This document shows, in pieces, positions 34,159 through 40,880 of a stretch of 40,880 nucleotides of DNA (positions within the stretch are counted from its first letter, which is position 1; each line of letters opens with the position of its first letter). The stretch lies in IMG/VR virus record IMGVR_UViG_3300043748_000009, positions 1 to 40,880 of that record, one strand, 5' to 3'. The notes beneath the pieces are model-generated. The model saw only the letters and a list, made by a program, of their open reading frames with translations, was not told the origin of the DNA and made no database searches. This stretch comes from a virus. Lineage: Duplodnaviria > Caudoviricetes. A program made the position numbers and the translations under genes.

Positions 34159-34193
34159 AAAAGCCCCACCCAGCGCGCTGCCAGATGGGGCTT
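34159..34193 (-). terminator. Intrinsic terminator upstream of attP/int
   Basis: AAGCCCCATCTGGC...GCTGGGTGGGGC-TTTT. Confidence 0.7.
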
Positions 34194-34242
34194 AGAGTGG
34201 CTCTGCGGGTCCCGGATCGCTATCGACGTTCCGGGGCCCGTC

Positions 34243-34542
34243 CTACTCGTACACGCGGATCATGACCTTGTCCCCGCGCTCGTTCAGCCGTGCCCGTTCC
34301 CGCCGGACAGCTCCAGCACCATCGGGCATGGGCGCCTTGCCGAAGAGCCACGCCATACGACAGGACTGAATCCAGTGGTGCGCCCGCTCGTAGCTGTCCC
34401 ATACCAGGGGCTCAAGCGACTCGATCCGGTCCGGCCAGCCGATAGGCAGCGTGCACCAGCCGTGAAGCCACCTATCCCAGATACCCCAGCGCGCGTCTTT
34501 CCGGCGGCTGGTCTTCCTGATCTCGTACCGGCCGTATTTCAC
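34243..34542 (-). CDS. Hypothetical Trp-rich protein, paralog of upstream gene
   Basis: GTGA overlap, AAAGGGGG RBS. Confidence 0.7.
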   Translation of the reverse strand: MKYGRYEIRKTSRRKDARWGIWDRWLHGWCTLPIGWPDRIESLEPLVWDSYERAHHWIQSCRMAWLFGKAPMPDGAGAVRRERARLNERGDKVMIRVYE

Positions 34543-34754
34543 TCGACCCCCTTTCGCTGGCACATGACCAGCCACGTGCGAGCCTCTTTCGCGTTCCGGA
34601 ACTGAAGCACTTTCAGGTGCCCCATGTTGTCGGGCAGTGCGCAGGCATACCCGCCCATCAAGTCATCGATGATTTCGAACGGGCGAACCCAATCCGCTAG
34701 GGGGTTCTGCCTGATCCTGTATCGCGCGTGCTGCGCTGTCTCCAGTGGTGTCAC
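34539..34754 (-). CDS. Hypothetical protein, 71 aa
   Basis: GTGA overlap with upstream stop; paralog of downstream gene. Confidence 0.7.
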   Translation of the reverse strand: MTPLETAQHARYRIRQNPLADWVRPFEIIDDLMGGYACALPDNMGHLKVLQFRNAKEARTWLVMCQRKGVE

Positions 34755-35053
34755 AGCGCCCAGAGTCTCACTGTGATCGGTCCGTTGGAACCCCTCCACG
34801 TGCCACCCGATTTGATGGTTGCTGACGCTCCGTCGGTCAGCATGGTGTGCCTCAGAGGGCCCCAGGAACGCATGAGAATGCCTGCGAGTACCTCCGGGTC
34901 CTCAGACCCGTAGTGACGCCTCAGAGCGGCTGTGAGGCTGTCTGAGATGGTGTCCACGCAATCGCTCACCCCGCTTTCGCTGCTCTCGTCGCCACAGCCA
35001 CCCCCAGCGAGTTCACGCCCCGCTATCCGCCACTCAAACCCGATGCTCGTCAT
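34751..35053 (-). CDS. Hypothetical protein, 100 aa
   Basis: TAATG overlap with upstream gene. Confidence 0.65.
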   Translation of the reverse strand: MTSIGFEWRIAGRELAGGGCGDESSESGVSDCVDTISDSLTAALRRHYGSEDPEVLAGILMRSWGPLRHTMLTDGASATIKSGGTWRGSNGPITVRLWAL

Positions 35054-35556
35054 TACCCCAGCCTAGGCCGGAAGCGCTGTGACTCAATGCGCACACCCGT
35101 GATCGCGTAGTACTGCCTCGCCACCTGGCGCCAGACGTTCCAGGGTTCGCCGTGCGGCGCGTACCCGCTACCGGCCCACTCCCACTGATCCCGCGCGACC
35201 ACCAGGCCAGTAGTCCGGCCACGCGCCAGCACGATGTACCGCTCTGCCTCCCTGGGCCGTATCTGGCGGGACATGTTGCAGGCATAGGAGCGCACCAGGG
35301 CGGACGCTTCCCGTGCGCTGTAGCAGTACTCAGACGCCAGCACACCAGGCCAGCGCGGATGCTCGGCCCATGCCCAGGAACCGACACCCAGGGGACCAGG
35401 CACGAACAGGTAAAGATCAACCGTTGGGGCAGCTTCTATGCAAACCATGATCACAACCGGGTGAAACGGACAGATGTGCGCTGTAGAAGCGTAAGTGCAC
35501 CCACCATCTAAAGGTCTGCTTATTGGAGTCCTAAGTTCCGCTTTTACGAGACTCAT
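35053..35556 (-). CDS. Hypothetical protein (start uncertain)
   Basis: First ORF of a coupled four-gene run; the AT-richer 5' part may be non-coding. Confidence 0.55.
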   Translation of the reverse strand: MSLVKAELRTPISRPLDGGCTYASTAHICPFHPVVIMVCIEAAPTVDLYLFVPGPLGVGSWAWAEHPRWPGVLASEYCYSAREASALVRSYACNMSRQIRPREAERYIVLARGRTTGLVVARDQWEWAGSGYAPHGEPWNVWRQVARQYYAITGVRIESQRFRPRLG

Positions 35557-35600
35557 AACTTCACACAGTCTTTAGTTTCGCTAACTAAGGTAATCCGGCC

Positions 35601-35625
35601 AAAAGAAAAGGGCCCCGAAGGGCCC
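35601..35625 (-). terminator. Intrinsic terminator
   Basis: GGGCCC-TTCG-GGGCCC-TTTTCTTTT. Confidence 0.88.
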
Positions 35626-35630
35626 GATCC

Positions 35631-35813
35631 TTACTGCCTCGCTTGCAGCCGCTCGTACATGTCCGCACATCGCTGGCACGCTGCCACCATGCCGACTACC
35701 GGCCCGCAATCGATCAGCTTTACCGCCCGGATTCCGTCCCACCGGTCACGCGTGCTGTACTCGCACGTCATGTCAGCGCGGAATTCACGGGTCTGGTAGT
35801 CCTGCTGCGCCAT
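35631..35813 (-). CDS. Small Cys-containing protein, 60 aa
   Basis: ATG 35813 with GGGGAG RBS; C...C...CxxC. Confidence 0.7.
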   Translation of the reverse strand: MAQQDYQTREFRADMTCEYSTRDRWDGIRAVKLIDCGPVVGMVAACQRCADMYERLQARQ

Positions 35814-35823
35814 GTCCGCTCCC

Positions 35824-36198
35824 CTACTCGCTGTCGTCATTCTTGTTCCACCCCTTGACCATGTCGCACAGGTTCGCGTGAAGCCAGCGCGCCCCCTGCT
35901 CGTCCGCCCGGATCACGATGTCACCCCGCACGCTGTCACGGGCCTGAATGTCGATGGTCCGGTCAGCGTACTGAACCACGTTGTAGACCTCTTCAAGGCT
36001 GAGCTTGATCTTAGGCACTGGCGCTTCCCTTTCATCCTTTTTGAGCACGGTATCAGACATGTCAAGAACGGCCCGAATGTTGGGCCACACGACCACGCTG
36101 CGACCCGGATTCGTGCCCGGACCCTGCACCACGCCAGGCATGCCCGCCAACTCAGTCATGCCGCCCACGTAGGTAACTGTGTCGCCAGGAACGTACAT
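35824..36198 (-). CDS. Hypothetical protein, 124 aa
   Basis: ATG 36198 with GGGAGG RBS; N-terminal PGD.V...G..G.V resembles a small SH3/KOW-like barrel. Confidence 0.7.
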   Translation of the reverse strand: MYVPGDTVTYVGGMTELAGMPGVVQGPGTNPGRSVVVWPNIRAVLDMSDTVLKKDEREAPVPKIKLSLEEVYNVVQYADRTIDIQARDSVRGDIVIRADEQGARWLHANLCDMVKGWNKNDDSE

Positions 36199-36210
36199 AT
36201 TCCCTCCCCT

Positions 36211-36236
36211 AGGGGCCCCGGTTTCCCAGGGCCCCA
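36211..36236 (-). repeat. 26-bp GAAA-tetraloop hairpin, copy 2
   Basis: Identical to 8391-8416. Confidence 0.85.
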
Positions 36237-36248
36237 TCATTCCTGCGA

Positions 36249-36686
36249 TTAGCGCTTGTTGGCCCGAAGCTGCCGGACCACGTCCCGAACCTCAGCAACC
36301 GGGATGCTCAGCAGCGCTGCACACTCCTTGCGAAGAGCCTGACGGGCCAGCATCCGCTTACCCAGTTCACCAGCGAAGCCGTTATGCGGGTGCGGAGCAG
36401 GCTTGCGAAGCTCATACGCCATTTCCCAGGGAAGAACGTGCGTCCCGCTGGTCACGGTCACCGTGTTCTCAGCGTCCATCTTCGCGCGCATGGCCAGACC
36501 GGCGAGCCGCGCAGCTTCAAGGCCAGCATTCATGGTGTTTCCCTCTCCATTGAAGGCGACCCAGCACTGAGCGTCTGCCAGCGCCATACGGCTCGTGTAG
36601 TAACCCTGGGTGCGGAACACGATTCGGTCACCATCGCGAACTTCCGCGTAGTGCTTGCCGTTCGCCTGCGTCGCCGTGATCTTCAT
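36249..36686 (-). CDS. Hypothetical protein, paralog of 9810-10223; internal in-frame start at 36533
   Basis: GAAGGGG RBS; second RBS GGAGAGGG before ATG 36533. Confidence 0.8.
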   Translation of the reverse strand: MKITATQANGKHYAEVRDGDRIVFRTQGYYTSRMALADAQCWVAFNGEGNTMNAGLEAARLAGLAMRAKMDAENTVTVTSGTHVLPWEMAYELRKPAPHPHNGFAGELGKRMLARQALRKECAALLSIPVAEVRDVVRQLRANKR

Positions 36687-36718
36687 CGTGTCCGCCCCTT
36701 CGTTGTTGTTGTGGGTAC

Positions 36719-36748
36719 AACGTAGCCACCTACCGAAACCGAGCGCAA
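36719..36748 (-). promoter_or_regulatory. Host housekeeping-type promoter
   Basis: TTGCGC-N18-TACGTT, operator half-site GTAGGTG in spacer. Confidence 0.65.
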
Positions 36749-36750
36749 GT

Positions 36751-36772
36751 CACCTACGGAAATCCGTATGTG
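36751..36772. promoter_or_regulatory. 22-bp operator-like palindrome
   Basis: CACCTACGGAAATCCGTATGTG, 2 bp upstream of the -35 box. Confidence 0.85.
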
Positions 36773-36780
36773 GTCCGACG

Positions 36781-36818
36781 AAGAAACCCCCGACAGAGCC
36801 GAAGCCCTACCGGGGGTT
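36781..36818 (-). terminator. Intrinsic terminator
   Basis: AACCCCCGGTAGGGC-TTCG-GCTCTGTCGGGGGTT-TCTT. Confidence 0.8.
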
Positions 36819-36826
36819 AGTGCAGG

Positions 36827-37039
36827 TCAGCGCTTGCGCAGGCTCACGCGTGGCCGAACCTTGATCACGTGCACGTGGTGAACCACTGTGTGATGAATCA
36901 CGGTGTGGTGTACGACCGAGTGATGATGGATGACGACCGGATCGCCCGTGTTGTACGGGTCATCTGTGCCGCACGCGCTGAGGCTCAGCAGGAGCAGCGA
37001 GGCAACGAATCCGATCAACAGGCGGGTACGCCAGATCAA
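36827..37039 (-). CDS. Small lipoprotein with His/Val repeats, 70 aa
   Basis: TTGA overlap start with GGAG RBS; signal peptide and lipobox LSAC; VVIHHHSVVHHTVIHHTVVHHVHV. Confidence 0.75.
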   Translation of the reverse strand: MIWRTRLLIGFVASLLLLSLSACGTDDPYNTGDPVVIHHHSVVHHTVIHHTVVHHVHVIKVRPRVSLRKR

Positions 37040-37443
37040 TTGAGTCTCCAAATCGCTTCGCGAGTGACTACGCGCTTGATGCCTGCCGCTCGAATCAGGG
37101 TCCAGCACGCTGGGCAGGGAGCCCGGGTTATGTACAGCGTGGCCCCAGGCAACTCCCCTGGTGGTGTATGTGCTATGGCGTTGCGTTCCGCATGGTCCGC
37201 AAGGCAGTTGCTGTAATCGCTGTTCGGGGCGCACTCGCTGACGCTCAGTTGGCCACGTGGGCAGGCGCCAGCACTGGCACAACCAGGTACACCCGCAGGC
37301 GCACCGTTGTAGCCAGTGCCACGCACTTCGTTCTGAGCATTCACGAGAATGGCGCCCACCTGGGAACGCGTACAGTCAGCGCGAGTGGCCACCCATTCGG
37401 CGCCAGCGAGAAAGTACGCGTCCCAGGACGGACGTTCAGTCAC
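37036..37443 (-). CDS. dCMP deaminase
   Basis: RPSWD.YF, VGA, TGYNG, HAE.NA, PCPAC. Confidence 0.93.
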   Translation of the reverse strand: MTERPSWDAYFLAGAEWVATRADCTRSQVGAILVNAQNEVRGTGYNGAPAGVPGCASAGACPRGQLSVSECAPNSDYSNCLADHAERNAIAHTPPGELPGATLYITRAPCPACWTLIRAAGIKRVVTREAIWRLN

Positions 37444-37514
37444 GGCGACCCCAGGCCAAGCAATGCAGCGAGCATGGCGCCCAGGGCGGATATCCAGCGC
37501 TTAGCGCGCGTCAC
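37440..37514 (-). CDS. 24-aa hydrophobic peptide MTRAKRWISALGAMLAALLGLGSP
   Basis: Hand-translated; GGAGG upstream; GTGA overlap with dCMP deaminase start. Confidence 0.55.
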   Translation of the reverse strand: MTRAKRWISALGAMLAALLGLGSP

Positions 37515-37863
37515 CCTTCGCCCTCCGCTTCACCTTGACTATGAGCCGCTCAAGTGCTGACTTTTCGTAAGACCCAGCGGAGTGCCAAGAGCTGTCCTGC
37601 GCATTGCGGAACCAGGACCGAGCGCCATTCACGAAAGCCGTGACGTCGCTCATGGGCTGAAGCGACTCGACGTCCTTCACTTCCTCGAAAGGCGACGGGC
37701 AAGAGCAGCCAGAGTCATAGTCGAAGAAAAGGGCGCCATCCGAATTGCGCTGCCAGACAGCGACCATATCGAATTCGTAATCTCCGGCGATATCGACCGA
37801 ACCGAGCAGGCTCAGACCGAACTTCTCCGGGTTGCTGTAAACGTCAGCTTCGTACCAACCCAT
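37501..37863 (-). CDS. Hypothetical protein with DSGCSCPSPFE motif
   Basis: AAGGAG RBS, coupled after thyX. Confidence 0.8.
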   Translation of the reverse strand: MGWYEADVYSNPEKFGLSLLGSVDIAGDYEFDMVAVWQRNSDGALFFDYDSGCSCPSPFEEVKDVESLQPMSDVTAFVNGARSWFRNAQDSSWHSAGSYEKSALERLIVKVKRRAKGDAR

Positions 37864-37865
37864 GA

Positions 37866-38549
37866 TTACTCACTCTCCTTGAAGTCCTGAAAGCTGTTCG
37901 GCGCAACTCGGCGGAGCAGGCTCAGAACCTTGCCCGCGAATTCCCTGATCTCAGCGTCAGCCGCAGGGCTGTAGCGCTTGCCCAGGACGTCACGCCATGC
38001 CCGAAGGTTTCCGGTCACCACCATGTCCACGGGCGCCGCATTCGGCAGCAGGGCCCGCGCAGCTTCGCGAGCCTGCTTACGGCCATGGCCCCGGGCGAGC
38101 AGCAGCGTTACGCCAGCGTTGTACGCCTCAAGTGCCTTCGCGTAGTCCTGCCGGAACGGGCGCTCAAGCTCAGTGCCCCGGATGGCAGGCGGGATCACAG
38201 GCTCAGTCTTGCCGTAGTCGACGTATCGCTGACTGACCACGCTGAAGCTCAGGTGTCGGTGCCGTGACAGCTCAGCGAGCAGCGCGCGAGACACGTCCTG
38301 CACCAGGAACGTCACGGACGCATGCTCAAGGACACTGAAGTGACCCTGATCGATGATGTTCCGCAGGTACCCGCTGTTACGTGCTGTCTTGGGACTTGGC
38401 CGATCGAACGACTTGTAGCAGATGCGGCCCGCAGCTTCACCCAGCGCGTCAGGGTCCCCAGCGAACTCAGCGCCGTAGGGGTCGTATCCGTACGCCTTCA
38501 TCAGGGGCGCATCCGTCATCCGCGTGTGCGCGAGGATCTCGACCTTCAC
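37866..38549 (-). CDS. thyX: Flavin-dependent thymidylate synthase
   Basis: [21 protein letters not shown] signature, ARE.AR.LLP, NLR.W, A.AEIR. Confidence 0.96.
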   Translation of the reverse strand: MKVEILAHTRMTDAPLMKAYGYDPYGAEFAGDPDALGEAAGRICYKSFDRPSPKTARNSGYLRNIIDQGHFSVLEHASVTFLVQDVSRALLAELSRHRHLSFSVVSQRYVDYGKTEPVIPPAIRGTELERPFRQDYAKALEAYNAGVTLLLARGHGRKQAREAARALLPNAAPVDMVVTGNLRAWRDVLGKRYSPAADAEIREFAGKVLSLLRRVAPNSFQDFKESE

Positions 38550-38576
38550 ACTCTCTCCATCTCACGAATGAGGGGC

Positions 38577-38598
38577 CACATACGGATATCCGTAGGTG
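38577..38598. promoter_or_regulatory. 22-bp operator-like palindrome
   Basis: CACATACGGATATCCGTAGGTG with GGGGC/ACCCC flanks. Confidence 0.8.
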
Positions 38599-38607
38599 AC
38601 CCCCCGA

Positions 38608-38781
38608 TTAGAAGTCGTTACCAGCGAGGAACTGCGCGAGTTCCAGCAAGTCAGCGGGTGATGCATCGCTGATCAATCCGGCTTGCCGTATCAGCATTGA
38701 TGCCACTCGGTACACATCCGCGCGGTCAGCCACGCCCCCGGTAGGAGTTGGGTCGTTGATCGCAGCGTCTACGCGTGCCAT
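38608..38781 (-). CDS. Hypothetical protein, 57 aa (MARVDAAINDP...LLELAQFLAG)
   Basis: Hand-translated; TGATG overlap with upstream gene. Confidence 0.65.
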   Translation of the reverse strand: MARVDAAINDPTPTGGVADRADVYRVASMLIRQAGLISDASPADLLELAQFLAGNDF

Positions 38782-38945
38782 CAGATAACGCCCTTAGTCA
38801 GGCTCAGCACCAGCTCACGCGCCTCAGTGAAGCCCAGCGTTACCGTGCTGATCGTCTCGCCCTTGCGGTTGCGGGTCTCAAATTCGGTACCGGCGTCCAC
38901 CTTGCGAGTAACCACGCTGTAGCCGTTGCGCAGGTTGTACGTCAT
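38781..38945 (-). CDS. Hypothetical protein, 54 aa (MTYNLRNGYSVVTRK...)
   Basis: Hand-translated; GGAGAG RBS; directly downstream of promoter motif. Confidence 0.7.
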   Translation of the reverse strand: MTYNLRNGYSVVTRKVDAGTEFETRNRKGETISTVTLGFTEARELVLSLTKGVI

Positions 38946-38973
38946 GAGATTCTCTCCGTTTCTCGTTCCGTGC

Positions 38974-39258
38974 TCAGGGTGTATCGGGTGACCGGCCCCA
39001 GGTCTGTGCCCACTCAGCGAGCGTCAGAGCAGCCTTGTCGAGATTGCAGTCAGCGCAGGCAGGGACCACGTTGGACGGGACGTCACGACCCCCGCGCGAT
39101 AGCGGCTGTATGTGGTCTAGATGCTCCGCAGGCGCGTTGCAGTAGCAGCACTGGCCATCCCATCGGGCGAAGACCTCAGCGCGCCTGTAAGGGGCTGCTC
39201 TGCGCTGGCGACGGGTGGCCAGGTACAGAGCAGCCATGTTCGGGGGCAACCTAGCCAC
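38974..39258 (-). CDS. HNH endonuclease
   Basis: CCYC..HLDHIQPLSRGG....N.VPAC..CN..K. Confidence 0.88.
   Translation of the reverse strand: MARLPPNMAALYLATRRQRRAAPYRRAEVFARWDGQCCYCNAPAEHLDHIQPLSRGGRDVPSNVVPACADCNLDKAALTLAEWAQTWGRSPDTP
38982..38998 (-). promoter_or_regulatory. Phage-specific promoter-like motif
   Basis: TATCGGGTGACCGGCCC inside the 3' end of the HNH gene. Confidence 0.7.
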
Positions 39259-40351
39259 GCTTCACGCGACGGGACGCAGCGAATCCGGCGAGAAGCTCAG
39301 CCGCTCGGTCAGCGTCGTGCATCGCTGCGTAGTTCTTCGCGAAGGACGCGTACGCCTTACGGCGAGAGTCAGTGATCTGGACCTGAGTCTTACCGAGGAA
39401 CTCGGCCAGTCCAGCGGCGTCACCATCGTTGCCGTAGCCGAAGCACTGCACCCCACCCAGACCGAAGCTGTACCGGAGCACGTCACCGCGAACACCCGCT
39501 ATGGAGTCAACGGCCTGGTTCACCTTCGCGTGCTTCTCGGCCCGCTCGTCGCTGCGCTCGTCGCTGGCGTCCCGCAGGTCTTCGGCAAGGTCTCCATCCT
39601 GGGCGGTCGAGACGAAGCTACGAAGGATCGCGCAAGCGTCCAGCACGGCCCTACGGGCGCCAGCCTCACGCGGAAGCGTCACAGCGTCTTCGATGGCGTC
39701 AACGTCCTCAGCGGCCCCAGGGAGCGCGTTCAGGACCCCGTATGCCGCCGAGTACCGCTGAAGCACTGCGAGAGCTTCCAGAGCGGCGCCAGTGCCCACC
39801 TTGGGGCGAATGACGTCCAGCGTGTCAGCCTCCGGAGCAACCAGCGTGTCAGCCAGCGTCCCGTCATCGTCGCCAGTAGGAGCGTCCAGCGAGATCGATC
39901 CGGCGTAGGCAAGGCGAGCAGCGTCCGCACGGTCAGCGCTCAGCCGGTCGCCTGCCTTCGGCTCAGTCTGGGCAAGCTTGGCAGCGCGGTAGGGGTCGCC
40001 ATCAGCCTTCGCGAGCATCTGCGAATAGATCCAAACGGCGTCCTTGTCTATGCCTGCTCCGCCGTTCTTCTCGGCCCTCACAGCGTCGTACAGGGCGGAC
40101 TCAACCGTCTTGATCAGGTACCCGAAGAACTCGGTTTCGTTGGCACCGTTGAAGCGGCGCAGGCACTCCCACAGGGCGAGCCGACCAACCTGGGCGAACT
40201 CTTCGCGATAGTGGCTGTACTGACCCTGCCCCATGCGCTGTGCTGCCTTGCCTGCAAGTCGGTTGATCGTGGCCTCAGTTGCTGCGATGACCTCTGCCAC
40301 AGCAGCAAAGTCGTTGTCACGTGCAGCAAAAATGGTCTCAACGGCGAGCAT
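39251..40351 (-). CDS. Sigma-70-family RNA polymerase sigma factor-like protein
   Basis: Region 2-like EEFAQVGRLALWECLRRF..F.GY, region 3.2-like ISLDAPTGDDDGTLADTL, region 4-like VLRYSFGL...LAEFLG; ATG 40351 with AAGGAGG. Confidence 0.85.
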   Translation of the reverse strand: MLAVETIFAARDNDFAAVAEVIAATEATINRLAGKAAQRMGQGQYSHYREEFAQVGRLALWECLRRFNGANETEFFGYLIKTVESALYDAVRAEKNGGAGIDKDAVWIYSQMLAKADGDPYRAAKLAQTEPKAGDRLSADRADAARLAYAGSISLDAPTGDDDGTLADTLVAPEADTLDVIRPKVGTGAALEALAVLQRYSAAYGVLNALPGAAEDVDAIEDAVTLPREAGARRAVLDACAILRSFVSTAQDGDLAEDLRDASDERSDERAEKHAKVNQAVDSIAGVRGDVLRYSFGLGGVQCFGYGNDGDAAGLAEFLGKTQVQITDSRRKAYASFAKNYAAMHDADRAAELLAGFAASRRVKRG

Positions 40352-40379
40352 GGTTCCTCCTTGGGGTTCGATCTCTGTG

Positions 40380-40396
40380 GATCGGGTGAAAGGCCC
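40380..40396 (-). promoter_or_regulatory. Phage-specific promoter-like motif
   Basis: GATCGGGTGAAAGGCCC upstream of the sigma gene. Confidence 0.65.
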
Positions 40397-40540
40397 CAAG
40401 GGGATCGGCCGGAAAAGCGCAGGTCAGAGCGTGTCTGGGCAGCGCGCTTCAGCAGACGAACCCCCTTGCGGGCGGGGTGTCTGCGACTTCGAGCGTCCGG
40501 CCGGATCGCTCGTCGTTGCGTCGTGAACTAAACGCCGTTT

Positions 40541-40570
40541 TCCGTAGGTGGTCAACGACTTCCGTAGGTG
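40541..40570. promoter_or_regulatory. Tandem operator half-sites around a TTGACC box
   Basis: TCCGTAGGTG at 40541 and 40561; minus-strand TTGACC between them. Confidence 0.5.
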
Positions 40571-40626
40571 GATGCCATGTATGACCAGCTACTAAGCGCG
40601 GTAGTTGCAGAGCAATCGAAGGCGTG

Positions 40627-40880
40627 ACCGGGGTTCAGCCTTGGGAATGAGGGGTGACCCCGGTACGTGCATATGCGCTTTGCTGCGAATCGAAAGTTTG
40701 ATCTTCTAGCAAACTTTTTCGGTTACGAGTAGGACACGACACCTACCGTGACGAGTAGGTGCCGTATCCATCACGCTACGGGGCGGTAACTAGGCGTCAG
40801 CGCCGTACAGCGAGCCCCAAGAGCGCTTGCCTATCTCCGCCTCAGCTTCGATCGGGACCCCCATCAGGTCGAAGGTCATG
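40627..40880. repeat. Terminal overlap of circular assembly (copy 2)
   Basis: Repeat of 1-254. Confidence 0.95.

Noticed and set aside
2051-38598. 22-bp palindromes as a CRISPR array
   Set aside because: Dispersed at gene junctions kilobases apart, no regular spacers; the Cas4-like gene is a common stand-alone phage nuclease
36827-39258. DNA hypermodification pathway from ThyX, dCMP deaminase and dNMP kinase
   Set aside because: Ordinary dTTP-supply genes in phiC31-like phages; no hydroxymethylase, glycosyltransferase or similar enzyme recognised

Overview
The window is an essentially complete, circularly permuted genome of a temperate high-GC actinobacteriophage with phiC31-like organisation (probable host Streptomyces or a relative; inferred from gene content only). 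Bases 1-254 recur at 40627-40880 with one mismatch, giving a unit length of about 40,626 bp. All credible genes are on the minus strand. In transcription order: four tRNAs, permuted NlpC/P60 protein, HNH, candidate cos, HK97-type packaging/head genes, siphovirus tail with a candidate frameshifted chaperone, GH25+CHAP endolysin and holins, dNMP kinase, phiC31 c-like repressor, Cas4-like nuclease, gp3-like RDF, primase-helicase, family A DNA polymerase, sigma-70-like factor, ThyX, dCMP deaminase, small accessory genes and a large serine integrase with a candidate attP. The most unusual content is non-coding: a 22-bp operator-like palindrome in 12 copies that doubles as RNA hairpin or Shine-Dalgarno; 8 co-oriented copies of a phage-specific promoter-like motif; two 95-bp palindromic elements upstream of the early and late promoters; twin host-promoter modules sharing an identical GAAA hairpin; and structured non-tRNA segments in the tRNA array, one with an anti-Shine-Dalgarno loop. 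All family assignments come from motif recognition by eye; no searches were run.
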